NCBI RefSeq assembly: GCF_036321535.1
Contig: NC_087437.1
Location: forward strand, 40,798,001 to 40,862,000
Length of the DNA: 64,000 nucleotides
Reading direction: 5' to 3'
Origin: Camelus dromedarius
Taxonomy: Eukaryota
A program made the translations under genes and the position numbers. Below the pieces are notes generated by a model, which was given only the letters and a program-made list of their open reading frames with translations, did no database searches and was not told the DNA's origin. Positions 39,871 through 55,997 of the stretch are shown one piece after another. Position 1 is the first letter of the stretch, and each line of letters opens with the position of its first letter.

Positions 39871-41777
39871 TTAATGAAGACAGTTACCAAATCCTGTTGA
39901 AGCTCTTCAATGACTGGGTCTCATGTTCCTGCTTTTTCCATTTCATCTACTGTATGATGTGGCCCTGGGGGCATATCTTTATGCCCCTTCTGACCTAGCA
40001 CAATACCCGATACAAAGAAGGTACCAAGAAAGCTTGTGCTGAGGTGGTTTCCTGCAGCACACTCCAGTGGCCCATCTGTGTCTCTTCAGCACTGATTCAG
40101 AGATCACCTATGTCTGTCCTATCCCAGTGATTTGGTGGAGGCTTGACCAGGATATAGGAGCAAGTGTGTGACCTAAGAGGCCCAGGCTTGATTTTGGCTC
40201 TGTCATCAAACAGCTTTCCATCAACACATCTGATCCACATTTCTCATCACTTTTTGTCCACGTGAGAAGGATGAAACTGTTTCTTTGCAATCTACTCTGT
40301 GCCTCACTCCAACAGATTGTTTTCTTAGACAAAACAGTGAAAGTAATTTTAAACATGGAACAACAGCGTAGCATGTCCTCTCAGCACGTACCTTGTGAAG
40401 AAGACAGGAAATTTGGGGAAAACAGGAAGAGCAGAACCATACAGGCAGGGTGGGCTCTTGGAAAACCTGTCAGAAAGACACACATCCTCTACCAAGGTCT
40501 TCGGTCAGCCCCCTGCCTTCTGCTGACCAGAGGGCTGAGTTCAGCCTTTTCCCTTCTCTGACACTCCCTCCTCTTCTATTTCATTCCAGGGCACCCAAGC
40601 CCAATGATTTGTTTTGGAAATGTTATCATTTGTTAGCTTAGCTTTTATCTCAGTTGGATGCCTTTCCTGTTTCACTGCTTTCCTTTCAAGGAGGCTGAGC
40701 CAACACTTGACTCTGGAGTTTTATTCAACACACCCCTGTGGTTAAATGAAGCTGAAGAAACTTTGATTAACAAGCCTACCCAGGTTCAACTATGGCCGAG
40801 GGTGTGTTTCTGCCACTCTCTGAAGCCTGAAAGAGAGATGAAGTGAATGGAGCTTCTGTTTGGAATACTGGCCTTGTAAATACACCCCAGCAGGGTGGAG
40901 CCAGAGGATGATCTGCTTGTGTCTGTGTGGCGCAGCCTCCACCATTATCAAAGTTGTTACAAATGGTGATGCTGGAGTCATGGTGAGAGTTCCAAGATTT
41001 CTGCACTGCCTAGACCTGTTTCTGATGATGCAAAGTTGGCCTTTCCAGGCAATGCAGAATTCCTCCCTGGGATTCTGGGAGCTTCAGAAATGAGGAAGGA
41101 ACAAAAGAAAGTTAGGAATACAGAGATAATCCCATCCCTAGATGGTAAGAGGTACCTACAAAATGATTGGCAAAGACTAGGGCTGTTGGAAATATTGATA
41201 ATCATTATTGTCATTGTCCTAACACTTTATATTTGAGTAGTGTATTTTAATATTTTTAAAAATTTATTTTTACAGATTACTTTCATAATTATTAATCTAT
41301 TTGTTCTTACAAAACCTTGAGGGCTAGAACTATTCAAGGAGGGGGAGATCATGATATAATGGCACTGATAATTTGTAAATGCCTTAGAAGACTGCAGTCA
41401 TCAGCTCAGGCTTATTGTAGATGGAAAGAATTTAAGAGCCAAAATGTAAATGAAACATCATAAGAATTGGAAGAAAATATAAGAAACTAATTTCAGCATT
41501 TTGGTGGGAAAGAAGGGCAAGTTTTGCTTGTCAGTTCACGAAATCCAGAAGCCCTACAGACTGGACTACATGCAGGCTTTAAAAAAAAAATGTTTTGTTC
41601 TCTTATCTGTCCTTATGAGAGTTTCATCAGATGTCTGGGGATCCTTGTCCGTCTGCTCATGATTAGGAACGGGGGAAGAGCTGACTGGAAACTGAGTGTG
41701 TATGTCGGGTTTACTGACACTGAATTCCCTGTTGGGGATCTTGGGTGGGCCATTTATTGAGGAACTCCTAAAGTCAA

Positions 41778-42245
41778 CATATTAGTTTCCTTTTTCTACT
41801 GTAAATCAGCACAAATTTAGTGGCTTTAAACAACACAAATTTGTTGTCTTAAGTTCTGGAGACCAGATTCCTAAGTAAGTCTCATCAGTCTAAAATGAAG
41901 ATGTCAGCAGTGTTGGGTGCCTTTTTGAAGACTCTAGGGGATAATTTGTTTTCCCATCATTTTCAGCTTCTAGAGGCAGTTTGCATCCTTTGCTCCTAGC
42001 CCACTTCCGTCTTTAAAGCTGGCAACGGCCGGTTATGTCTTTCTCACATCTCATTACTCTGATCTCTTCTGCCTCCCTCTTCCACATTTAAAGACCCTTG
42101 TGATCCCACACTAGAATAATCTCTTTATTTTAAAGTCAGTTGATTAGCAACCTTAATTTCCCTTTGCTACATAATCTAACATATCCACAGATTCCCAGGA
42201 TTAGGATGTAAACATCTTTGGGAAGCCTTTATTCCACCTACCACA
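41778..42245 (-). mobile_element. MaLR solo LTR (MLT1D-like)
   Basis: cacaaatttagtggctttaaacaacacaaatt...aaagtcagttgattagcaaccttaatt...ggattaggatgtaaacatctttggg...cctaccaca. Confidence 0.88.
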
Positions 42246-42499
42246 ATGTTTGTACACTCATATATGTGCAAGCGCATACAAAAGTACTGGAAGGACATAC
42301 ACCAGAGCTTGCCTCTGAGGAGGGATTGGAAAGTGAGTGAGAAATGAGGAAGAACTGTTACGTTTTGCCTATGATGTGATGATTGTCACATTTATTTTGG
42401 AGTGTCAAACCTGAATTTAAAGATTTATAAACATATTCATAAAATATTTTTGAATTTTAATTTATTTATATTTGTCATTTGAACATAATGTATATAATA

Positions 42500-43305
42500 T
42501 TATGGTATAATAAGAAATACATATTTTGGCCATTCATCCTGGGCTCTTGGCCAGAGTTTCTAAGCTCCTTGTAATTTCCTAAAGGATAAAAGTAATAGGA
42601 GCATCTTTGGTAATATTTAGTTTTTTGTCCCCATTTCTGAGTTAGCTCCAGATCGATAAAAGTGAAAGGAACATCTTTTGTTATTCATAAGACCCTTTCA
42701 ACCACATCTGAGCTTCTGTTAATGAGGTGACTGCTGGGAAGCCCCTAGGATGGGGGGATTGATTGCCAGAGGAACCAACCACATGATTAGAGGGTTAACA
42801 CTTTCTGCTCCACCCCCTAACCTCTGGAGTAGGGAGAGGAGCTGGGGGCTGAGCTAATCACTAATGGCCAGTGATTTGATCAATCATGCCTAAGTTATAA
42901 AGCCTCCACAAAAACTCTAAACAAGGAAGTTTGGAGAGCTTCCGGGTGGTGAACAAGACGGCATCCACATGCTGGGAGGATGGTGTGCCTCAGACTCCAC
43001 AGGGACAGATGCTCCTGGGTCGGGACTATTCTGGACCTTGCCTTATGTATCTCTTCATCTGACTGTGTATTTTCATCCTTTAATAAATCAGTAATAATAA
43101 GTAAACCTTCTGAAGTAGAGAAGCACTCTTGTGGGATTGAGACCTTAACCTGCAGGTCTGGGCTAACTTCAGGTAGTTAGTGTCAGAATTGAGGTAAAAG
43201 TAGGACCCTCACTTTGCTGAGAACTGGAGAATTGCTTAGTGTGGGAAAAAGCCACATATTTGATGTCAAAAGTGTCATGAGGGTAGAGGAAACAGTTTTG
43301 TTTTA
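42500..43305 (+). mobile_element. MER21-like LTR
   Basis: gccagaggaaccaaccacatgattagagggtt...aatggccagtgatttgatcaatcatgcc...gttagtgtcagaattgag. Confidence 0.82.
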
Positions 43306-45094
43306 ATGTATAATCTCAGTTTCAATATAAAATCTCAGTCCACAGTAAGCAATACTACACTTAACAGGTTCAATGGTAGAATTATTGAGAGATCAATGCA
43401 TAACTGTGGGTAAAAAACAGAGGTATAAGCATTCTATTAACAAACAAAATCTGCCCCTTTGATCTGTTAATAGTCACTATAAAAGTGTGCAGTAGCATAT
43501 AAAGGAGTGTCTTATCTGCCTCAGGGAAGTACCCTTGTGTCAGATGGAATGAAATGTGTGTATGTATGAAGTCAATGTTGAAATTTACACAAAGCTGACA
43601 TACTTCCTGTCACATTCTTGTGCCTTGATTATAGGCTGTTAGTTATCTCATCAGGTGCTTATATTTGACTGGTCTTAAGGAATTTCACTCCTTTTCGTTT
43701 CTGACAGACCTTCTTCAGTCTTCTTTGTCTTCATGGTCTTTCCTTTTTTTACCTATTCTTATACTCCTTGAATCGCTTAGACTTCTGATTAAATAAATAC
43801 TGTAAAATATTTGAAAGTGTTTGTATACATGTATGCTCACAGATGCATATAATTATCACAAATGCTTTTATGCATTACTTTTAATTATTTTTTAATAAGT
43901 CACATCAGCTTAAAGTTACACTTAAAGAAATTCTAAGTTTACTTCAAAAAACTAACTGCTTGAACACATGCAATTTGTTTAAAGACTACTTACATCCCAT
44001 CTATCAAGGTAAACTCTTGTAAATTAACAGCTGTGGTTTTCTCATGATCACAGAACGCTTGAACATCCATTGGTTAGAGTGAATACGTGAAAAATCACAC
44101 CAGTCTCTGCTCTAACTCTTTTAAAATAAGAATATATATGAGGGTTTTTTTTTTCTTTCTCTTTTTTAAATGTGTGTGAGGGGAGGGGTGGTTCCCATGT
44201 AGAGAAGAACTGGAGTTTGTGGTGGAAGGCACGTGGTAGGAGTAAAGCAGAATGGCTGCCCAGTGCTAGCAGATCAAGAAGAGGGCAGCGGAGGTGCTGG
44301 CCAACTCAGTTTATGGAAGCTGGTTTCTCCCTGTGGCCCTTTGGGTGGCCATCCAGAGGAGACGCTGAGGAAGACCTGCATCAGGGAACAGAAGGGATGT
44401 GACTCAGGGCTGAGAAGTCAGAGAAGAGTGTCCTGCAGGGAGTTTTCATTTCTGCCAGCATAGAGAGAACAGGAGAGAGAGACTCTCCCCTTTCAAGAAA
44501 AGTCTAGCAGCAGAAGCAGCAGCCTTCAGGGCCCTGTCTGCAGAGGAGCATGTCAGTGGTCCTAATAAGTGGTCACAGCTATGACCACAGCAAAACCCCC
44601 AAGCTCTCTTGACTTCAGGGACCAAGTCACCCACTGGTGTACTCAACCCTTGGCCCATTTATTCTATAAATATTTCATCCAATCTGCTTATTCACAAGCA
44701 TGGCATACTCTTTGTCAGTCTTTGTGTTTTCTCTATATTGTTTTCTATTTTTAGGTTGTCTTCTCATTGAGGGATGAGCCTATGTTTTTATAACTTCTTA
44801 TGAATATGCAACAAAGACCAAGCACAAAAGCTCTTTAATGATGAGGATCAGAACTAGAGAAAGGGGGAGATTTCAGATTCACATGCATCTGAACAATTCT
44901 CAGAGAACTGAAGTATTTGAAAAAGGGAGTGGGAAAGTTTTTGTTGTTGAAATTTTTGTCATTGCTGTTTTCCAGTAAAACACACATCTTTTTGTATCCA
45001 GTACTCTTGAGCAATTTATTTTAATTAAATAAGTAAAAAGAGACAGAGTCGACATATTCAGAAAAGATATTTAAAAATCTAAGTAAAATTCCAA

Positions 45095-45565
45095 TAGAGA
45101 TGCTAAATTGAACATAACGCATTTAATTCCATTTCCTCCAAAAATCCCACTAAAACATCAATAAGATGATTTTTAAAGCATAAACTCACAAGGAAAAGAA
45201 ATGGAAGGGAGGACTATAGCAACCAAATTTTGGAAGCTGGGGAATTGAAGGAATGAGTGACAAATGACCTTAGGAGACCAGAGAAAGCTGACTCTTGAGC
45301 TGGCAGAAGGAAAAAGTGAGGGGAAAAATAATCTAGCAGACCCCTCAAAGGGCTCAGGATTTGATGGCACCAAGACCTTTCAAAGTGGGGGCATGTGTGT
45401 GATCAAAGACAACAAGATTGACTGAAAGTGCATTGAAGAAGCAGTTAGATCTGGAGAGCCTCTCCCCAAATCCAAATGACTGGTATGTGCCTCTCCTCCA
45501 TCTTGAATGAAGACTGGAGATTTATTTTCTGGATACTGTAACAGAGGGTCTCTGGTCTGGGGGAC
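45095..45565 (+). mobile_element. Ancient L1ME-type 5' end fragment
   Basis: cctccaaaaatcccactaaaacatcaataag...aaagcataaactcacaaggaaaaga...aaattttggaagctgg. Confidence 0.55.
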
Positions 45566-45574
45566 TTGATACTG

Positions 45575-45960
45575 ACTATTGCAGTTTTTATTTCTGCATA
45601 ATTACCCCCTTACCCCTCTACTTCCCACCAAAAAAAAACCTCATTGGGCTAGAATAACTATTTTATTACACTCACAGATTATGTGAGTCAGTTAATTCAG
45701 ACAGTGCATGGCAGGGACAACTTGTTTCTGCCCCACATGTCTGGGATGGTTAGGCACTGGGATCATCAGCTGAGGTGCCACCAGTCAGCACGTCTGGCAG
45801 TTGATGCTGTGGGGCCCCAGCTGGGCTCAGTTGGCCAGAGCACCTGTATGTGATTCCCAGTGTGGTCTCTGTGCCTGGGCTTTTCTGGGCTCCCTCACAG
45901 CATGGCGGCTGGATTCCTAAAGCAAGTGGCCATGAGAGAAGAGAGGAGTATGTAGCTTTC
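45575..45960 (-). mobile_element. MLT1 (F/H-like) LTR fragment
   Basis: ctcacagattatgtgagtcag...gggctccctcacagcatggcggctggattcc. Confidence 0.72.
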
Positions 45961-48900
45961 TTGTTATCAAATCTCTTTCAAGATACGATGTTCCAGAAAA
46001 ATGAACCCAATTTTTGGTTTTGAATTATCTGCTCATATCTCAGAACAACCAAAAAAATCACAGCATTATCCTCAGGGTTGTGGGTTTCCATGTTTATCAG
46101 AGGCTGCTTTGGCTTTGATTCTAACTCTGACAGTTAATCCCATAGAGGCCCACCTTTGACCTCCAAAATTTTTGCAGAGACCTTTCACGTCAGCTGCTTT
46201 CAGAGCTCAGTAGGAATGGTTTTCCTGCAGTGCTTTAAGTTCAACCTTTAAGATGTTTTGGTCACTGTGAGATTGACATATAATTATTCAGATAAGCATT
46301 TATTGTATTTTGTATTTAGGTTGTAAATTCATCACTTAAGAGTCTGCTAATCCCAACTCACTTACAGAGTGTTCCTGAAATTTGGATATCCTGATGTGAG
46401 GTTACTTGAGGTATCTTAGTTTTAGTCAAAAGTCTGCATAGCAAGCAAGTGAATTGAGAAAGAAACCCTGCTTTTCTACCCAGGGTTCTTATAATCTTAT
46501 AAAATATAATATTATTAAAAATATATAAGAACATTAAAGAACACTATATTTAAACATGCTATTCCCTTAGAGCAAGATTTTAAAAAATAAACACCTATGT
46601 ATATTTTTAGCACCTTATTACTAAGCCTCGTTGATTATGGTTTCTAAAATTTCCTATATCTTTCTGTAGGCACAACCCTGGCATTTTTCTCTCCCGTATT
46701 TGATTTGCCACTGAAATCATGGCTTAGTTCTGCCATGGAGTAACATAATTGTTCTTAGAGCAATCCATAGTTGCTCTCTGTTATTTTAGTCATGTTGCCA
46801 TTCATTAAACTGGGGAACTGTGAGTAGAGCGAGAAAAACACAACATCACTTCTCTTCCCCTCCTTGGAGGGGTGCCTCTCTTTTCCTTCCACAGAGCAAA
46901 ACCAGAAAAAGTAACACTGTGGTCACACGATAGTCACACAGCAGTGTAAAAACCTTCTTCAATCAGAGGGAAGATTGTTTTCTGAGAAGCTCTCACTCCT
47001 CCCCTAAATTCATAAACAACTCCTCTGTAGAATCTGAGAGGATGCTTCCAGCATCTCCCAGAATTTGCCAATGAGTTTTCATCCTTACCAAAAAAATTAT
47101 CAACAACTGTCAGTTACAAAGCATAAAATATTTTAAGCTTGATTTCTATTTATTTTTAAATGTTATTTTAAGAACTTGATGAATTTTTTTTTAAGCATTT
47201 TAAATCTCACCATCCTATGTAGTTCCTCTGCGCACTGAATTCTGCCTGATTGATGCGACTTCCTCGTGGTTTCCAACTCTGCCCCACCAGGCGCACTCTG
47301 AGCTGCTGGTCCCCTCCCCACAACCTTGCCATTCTGCTACAGATTACAGGGCCTCTCCTGGATCTTTCCTTCCAGTCCTATTTCCACCCCAGCAGCACAA
47401 GAGTCAGCTTCCTCCTTTAGACAGGGCAATGGTGGATCAAAAAAGGAGGACATGCCACATTGCTTAGTCCTCTGAGTTGGAACCAGCTGAGAGCATCTCT
47501 TCAGGCCCTCAACTCACCATCTTACTATGAGAATAAACAGGCTCTGAAAGGCAGGATTAGAGGAGATGGAGACTTTTCTGCTTGGATCCAGCTTGGGGCT
47601 GGTGATAGGCAAGGAGGTGGCAATGATGACCATTAACTGTTAGGGGGGGTACCAATGGGCCAAGTCTGGAAATCCTGGGGGGTAGCCTTCCATTCACTGT
47701 GGACAAACAGTTCCAATCCCAGGCTCCATCCCGAGGAGCTTTGGTGATGCCGTTGACAGTCCTGCTGTTGCCACATCCTGAGACGTCCTCAGGGACACAG
47801 AACACAGAGTCCAGGAGACTTGCAGATTGAGATCAGTATCGACAGGCTTTACAGGTATAGCAAGAAGACTGCAAATATTAAGACATACCACATGCACCTC
47901 ACTCAGGAGCCAAACTATTTAGAATCAGGAAAAATAACTTCTTATTCTCTGCCAGGACCACTGCTCTTACAATAATGGAGATTAATTGGCAAGGGCACAC
48001 TATGAAAAAGCAAATTTTCCCAATTGATTGAGGGGCTCCTCCTCTGAATTCTAGAAGCTCCGTGTGGGCGACTCTGCCATTGCCCTCGTCCCATTCTCCT
48101 CTAGTCATCTGCTGCTTTCCTTTCTTCTCCACTTGGCCAGAACCTCTTTGAGGGCAGACACCATGTTCAACTCATCTTAACCCAATGCTGATACAGTGCC
48201 TGGTCCAAGGCAGGCACTCTGAACATGTTTATTAAATGACAGCTTTGATGGGTGAATAGAAAGGGGGTGAGAATTTTTATTAATCTAAATTTTGATTAGG
48301 CAGATATCTTTGCAACATAAAGATCCATTGCATTTCTTTTCCTTTCTTTTTACCCCCCTCCCCAATTTAAAGTCATTGCTTTTAGAAAGTTTCACCCTCT
48401 TCAAGTCCAGAGAAAATGCTCCTTCATTTAGAAGCCTCTTCCAGAAATCGAGCAAGCCTAACCATAGGGCTATTCATCTTTAGCAGTTTGGAGGATTTGT
48501 GTGAGACCAGCCTCATTTGTAGGGGCTGACCCTATCATCGAATCGAGCGGACGGAGGAAGAAGAAAGGGGGAGCCGGCCAGGGTGCATAATGTCTCAGGA
48601 AACTGTGGAATTAAATCTAGACAGGTGAGTGTCAGACTGACGGTCTGTCCAAGGTTTGCGTGTCTTTATCCCTCCCTAGACTATCAGCGTCTTGGGCAGA
48701 GGTGGAGTCCTCCCTGCATTCCCAGCACCTGGGGCAGTGTAAGCAGAAACATCAGAAGATGTTTCATGTTTTGGAGGCAGACCAGGAACAGGAATGGGAA
48801 GGCCAATATACAAGAATGGTGAGGAGGTAGGGTTCTCTCCCAGAGGGCTCCTGGCAATGCAGGGAGAAGGGAGGGAAATAACTTTTGTTGAGCACTAACT

Positions 48901-50849
48901 ATACACCAGATACTGCAGAAGGTGATTGCTTCCAAAATTTCTGAGACATGATTTGTCCCAGATTAACAATATTTCTGAAGTTTGGGTGTCTTAACTCCAA
49001 AGAGCAAAATAATAGGAAAATAATTTTCCAGGTGTGGTAAAAAAACAAACAAATCTTGAAAGAATTATATCTTTAAAACTTTTATTTTATATAAATACTT
49101 CTTGCAAATCAAGTGAAAAATGTGGTATGTATCCATCATTACTTTGCATAGACTAAAAACATCTGGATGTATCTGAAAAGGAAAAAAAATGGCATGTTAT
49201 GTAAAACCCTAAATCTTTAGGCACATAAGCATGTGTACAAAAATAATACATTCAAATAGAATTTCTCATAATGAAAAATCAGAATTTGTAATACTCACTC
49301 ATCCCCTTAAAACCAGTGATATATATACAAAGAACAAATTTCCAAAGAATAAAACATATACATATAAATGTAGATTTTTTTTATTCTTTGGAAAAGCTTG
49401 CTGATCTGTAGCAAATTCCCTCTTCCTTGGGAGTTGGTATAATTGCATCTGCAGAATCAAAGGAGAGAATGATGCAATGGCTCCTCGGAGAAGATTTTTC
49501 GGTGCCATCTGTTTCCTCCAGCAGAGTCTGTCTTTTCCAAACTCCCCTCTCAGCTTGTGCATCTGGAATGTCTCCATGAAGTCTATGAGGTTTTCACAAT
49601 GTCATAAGCTTGGGCAGAGCCATTCTGGCCCACCCGCCAGGGCTCTGACCCCTCTGTCATGAGCCATGGTGACATCATCTTGCAGCCCAAGAAGCCGGGG
49701 ATCTCAGCATCACCCTGTTCCCCAGGGGAAGCCTCCCCTGCCCAGACTCCCCAGGAAATGATCTTCTATCTTATTGTACTAATCCTTACACTAACCACCA
49801 TTTTACATGAGGCGTTTAAATACTGTTCATTTGCCCATAATCACACATCCTGGGACTGGAATCAAGAGAGTTAGGACTTGAATCAAAGTCTATCTGACTC
49901 CAGGAACTATGCCCTCTTTACTTCACTGGTCTGGGAGATTTGTGGATGAAAACAACATGGCATTAGGGGTATCACTGAGCAGTGAGTACAGCTTTTATCC
50001 ACAAATTTGAGTATAGAAGAAATATTCCTGCTTCATTTATCTATAACTCAATAGAATTTGTATGACAAGATCCCATCCTGCCAGATGTAGAATTCTTAGT
50101 CAGTCCAGAATGCCTCACTCCCAACTTCCCTGGTTCCACCCAAGGTCTGGGAGGACTTTGGGGTGGGAGGGGAGGCATCTGGTTCTTAGTTGTCATCTGC
50201 TAGCACTAGGGCCCACTAAGCCATCCATCCTGCCCCCAGGTCACGTCCAGCATTCCTCAATGTCATAACAAACACCCTTCATGCCGAACAATTTTCTCTG
50301 CTGCTTTCGTGCCTTTCTTAGGCCCATGATGTTCACCCTGCAGGCCCTCTGGGGATTGTGTGGGACCATTCTCCACTTCAGGCTCACACTGGGGCTGGGG
50401 AACTCTTTGAGGGTCTCCAAGGTCCTGTCCACTTAGATGTACCAAGTAGGTACTTCTTCCTGGGGGTATTGGTGCCTCTCAGGTTATCTGCTTGGACAGC
50501 AGACCACAGGTCTCCTCTGCTCTCAGATCCCACCTTCTGGTCTTCCACCAGCCTGTAAAGTAAGCTCCTCACAGGCAGGGACTGTGTTGAATTCACCTGT
50601 GTATTCAAGTGCTTATCAAGACTGGCAGACTAAAAGGCCGTCTATGAACGCTTGTTGTCATCTTCCTAGATGTGAAGTCATACCTACTTTCTCCTATTGT
50701 GTGTGATCTGTTTACACAGCTCATCCAGTGTTCAATAGGTGTATAATAGGATGGAGAAGATGGATTTCAGATCATGAACGGCCTCATTTAGGGACTGGTT
50801 TGTCACAACTTACAGCGACAGCCACATTCCAGGAACTCAGCTGTGTGTT

Positions 50850-51278
50850 CTAGGGTAGCCTCTAGCAGGTGCTGCTGGTCTCTCACCCACATGCTCTCGG
50901 CCCTACAACTTCAGTGCGTGGCAGTGGACCTCCAGCTCCCATGCTCCATTCCTTCGCTTGAGGGCTTTCCCTGGCCACAGAAGTGGCCATGTTGCTCACC
51001 TATGCCCCAGGAAGTGCCAGGGTATTCACGCCCTCCAGCAGGGCCTTTCAGTTAGTGACTAAAAGGAAGGACCACGTGCCTGGAGTGGGATATCTCTGAG
51101 GAGGCACATTGACACTGCCTCCACGTAGTGAAGTTTCAGTTACCCACGGTGGTAACTGGCTCCGTAGGCATCCTTACTGGCTTCCTTCTCACCTTTCAGC
51201 TCCTTCACCGCCAGGTAGACTGCTTGCACTTGAATCTTTGTTTCACAGTGCTTCTTGGGGAACCCAACCTAAGAACAA
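50850..51278 (+). mobile_element. LTR16-like ERVL LTR
   Basis: gtggtaactggctc...cttgcacttgaatctttgtttcacagtgcttcttggggaacccaacctaagaaca. Confidence 0.7.
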
Positions 51279-51634
51279 ACTTACAGATCCTGAGGTAATT
51301 TTTTGTTCTGGATTTACTGGATTATTTTAGGAATTATATATGAAAATAATGGGAGAGTACTGAGGGAGGAGGAAATTGATCTAGATGATCACTGTGGGTT
51401 GACCTAAGCAAACTGCCCGGCTTTCCTTGGTAGGACTTGAAATGGCTTCAAAGGTGTTTCTTTAGGCAGACATTTCTTGCTTGCTATATATAAAAACACT
51501 AACATTTCACGGAAGATATGTGTGTGTGTGTGTATTCTCTTCTAAAGGCATAGTATGAATGTAGGTAAACATTTCTGCACATAGATGTTCAACGAAGTAT
51601 TTTTTAGTGAGTAGTGAAGTATTGAAAACAACCT

Positions 51635-51801
51635 TGGTGGAAGGAGGGTATAGCTCATGTGGTAGAGCACATGCTTAGCATGCATGAGGTCCTGGGTTCA
51701 ATCCCTAGTGCCTCCAGTAAATGAATAAACCTAATTACCTCCTCCCTGCCAAAATAAAAATAATTAAATAATACAATAATAAATAGATAGATAGACAGAT
51801 A
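51635..51801 (+). mobile_element. tRNA-Ala-derived SINE (camelid vic-1 type)
   Basis: ggagggtatagctcatgtggtagagcacatgcttagcatgcatgaggtcctgggttcaatccc (Pol III A and B boxes); A-rich tail; 11-bp TSD gaaaacaacct at 51624-51634 and 51802-51812. Confidence 0.85.
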
Positions 51802-53132
51802 GAAAACAACCTAATTAAGGATCTAGTTAAGAAAATTATGACAAAATACGGTTTGTCTACTAAATGGAATATTATGCATGCACTTAGAATGTGTATTTTA
51901 AAACATGAAAAAAATGCTAGTAATATAGAATATGTCAAGGACATTTCTTTACCCACTGCTAGGAGCAAGGGCCCTGCCTCCACAAACTTCTGCAAACAGT
52001 TCTTGTGGCTCCTTGAGAGTGGTGACTTCTGAGAGGGAGGTCAGAAGAAGGTGGAGTTAGAAGGACAATAGGCATGCAGTCTGGCAAAGAGGATGAAATT
52101 TGTAAACATCACAAATTGAGGAAATAGGAAGGCAATCAAAAGGAGCTGCACTGACTGGAGGTCTCCCCATTCCACCTCCTAGGGCTGTGTCTGCACCCCT
52201 GTGCCCGCCACATGCCACACACCATCCTAGCTGTTTTAGAAACATCATTTATAATATTTCCAACAATTGTCTATGAAAATATCACAATCTCTATTTTTTC
52301 AAATATGGAAAGTAAGAATCAGATTGGTGAGAGCAACCAGCCTGTGATCACCCAACTAGTATGCAGAATTCTAACTCGAGTATGTCTATTGCTTAGAAAT
52401 CAGGGCCACAGATAGAAAAATGACCTTTCTCATGTGATGGGGAAGTGATTATCAAACTCCAAAGTAAGACCAAGGAGTGTATAACTGCAAGAAGTTAGAA
52501 AGACAGTCCTTCTAATCCAGGTTGGGCTGGCTCCTGGTGTGGCCACCTGCAAGGTGACCTTGTTCTCATCTTGTTTCTTTTAATTATCTATTGAACTGAT
52601 AGAAAACTTGCCCCTGAATATGGCCACAAAAGCTTGGCCTTTCCCTGCAGTTCAGCCAGTTCTCAGTTAGGGCAGTAAACTATCACCAAACAGGAGTTCC
52701 AGCTGAGAGGTGGGTGTCTAGCTAGGTGCCACAGCCATCTGCCTCTCTGAAAGGATGCTTTTTCTGGCTCTGGAGAGGTGCACCAAGTTGCTGAGCTGGC
52801 TCTTTAGTGGCTGTAGGGAGCACATTTCGTACATTTCCTCCCAATTCTGTTCAATGACGTCCCCAGAGTATTTTGAAATCAGCCACTGTGTGGGTTTTTG
52901 CACCACAGAAATCAGTAAACACTGCAGATTTCACTGCAGAGGGCTTTTATCCTAGAGATCCAGTTTATTACTGGGTGTCTTCCTGAAGGACCAGAGGCCT
53001 GGTAGACACTGCCATCTGTCCTGCTGTGGCAAAGACAACGTAGTAAAACACTGGGTAATGTCAACTGTGTCTACAAACCTATTGGGGTTTTAGGAAGCCT
53101 TTAAGTATACTTCCTTTCCCTGACCCAGTTTT

Positions 53133-55021
<1,889 letters not shown>

Positions 55022-55965
55022 TCCCTGACCCAGTTTTGAATCAATTGGGAGATACAGAATGGTCAGGGAGATGGAGTCCAACATATCAGCTCTTTTGCTG
55101 GTAAAGGCTACATGGTGAATGTGGTTTAAGTGCAGCAAGAAGGAGCTTCCAGTACAGCACCCCAGAATCAGGCAGACTTACCCACCCGGTCACAAGCTCA
55201 TCTAGACAGCCAGCAGCCTCCCCATATGGTACTCTCTGACTGCAAAACTTAGAGCATAAGAGAATCAGAACAGAACACTCTGTCTGTGAGCAGCTGATTC
55301 CCTAGAGGACGGAGAGAGGAAAGGACTGAACTCCTGTTAACTGATTCCTCTCCCAGAGCCACTAGGAAAAGTAGTCACTCCATTCTGGGGAGGAATCAGT
55401 GAGGGAGTAAACAGTGGAAGCATCAATCGCATCGAGTGCCCACCCCATGGAGGAGGATAACCACTGTCCTATGAAACCTAAAAACAACCAAGTGGGAAAG
55501 TGATGAGAAATGTAAACTGGATTCTTTATTGTGCAAAGCAAGTATCACATTGAGTTGACATTAGCTTCTCCAGGCAGGGGAAATTAATAGACGAGAGAAT
55601 TTAGAATCCACATGTTGCATTCACAGCTGGAGTTTTTTTGACCTTAACTTGAAGTGTAAGACCATCACAGCATTGCCTCCACATGTGGCCAGTACACAAT
55701 TCATTGTACTTGTGAGAGTATAAGAGTTGAAATATTTTTTTAACACCAGTGAAATGGAATTAGGCATCAGTTTCTGGAATTGCCAAGGTTTTCATCTTGC
55801 AAAAGGCACACATACACAGCTGCCCCTCAGGCGGCCACAAGAAGCCTTGTAGACTGGATTCTGCCGGTCTCAGTCTGGATACACTTCTGCCTTTCCAGTA
55901 TTGATGTTTTTAAGAGTATCAGATTGTCCTGTAGCTTGAAGAATATATAGTGATGTTCTTATGCA

Positions 55966-55997
55966 TACACACACAAACACACACACACACACACACC
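55966..55997. repeat. Imperfect (CA)n microsatellite
   Basis: Direct reading. Confidence 0.9.

Noticed and set aside
51643..51715. tRNA-Ala(AGC)-like gene
   Set aside because: Followed by a SINE body and A-rich tail and flanked by TSDs, so it is a SINE head rather than a tRNA gene
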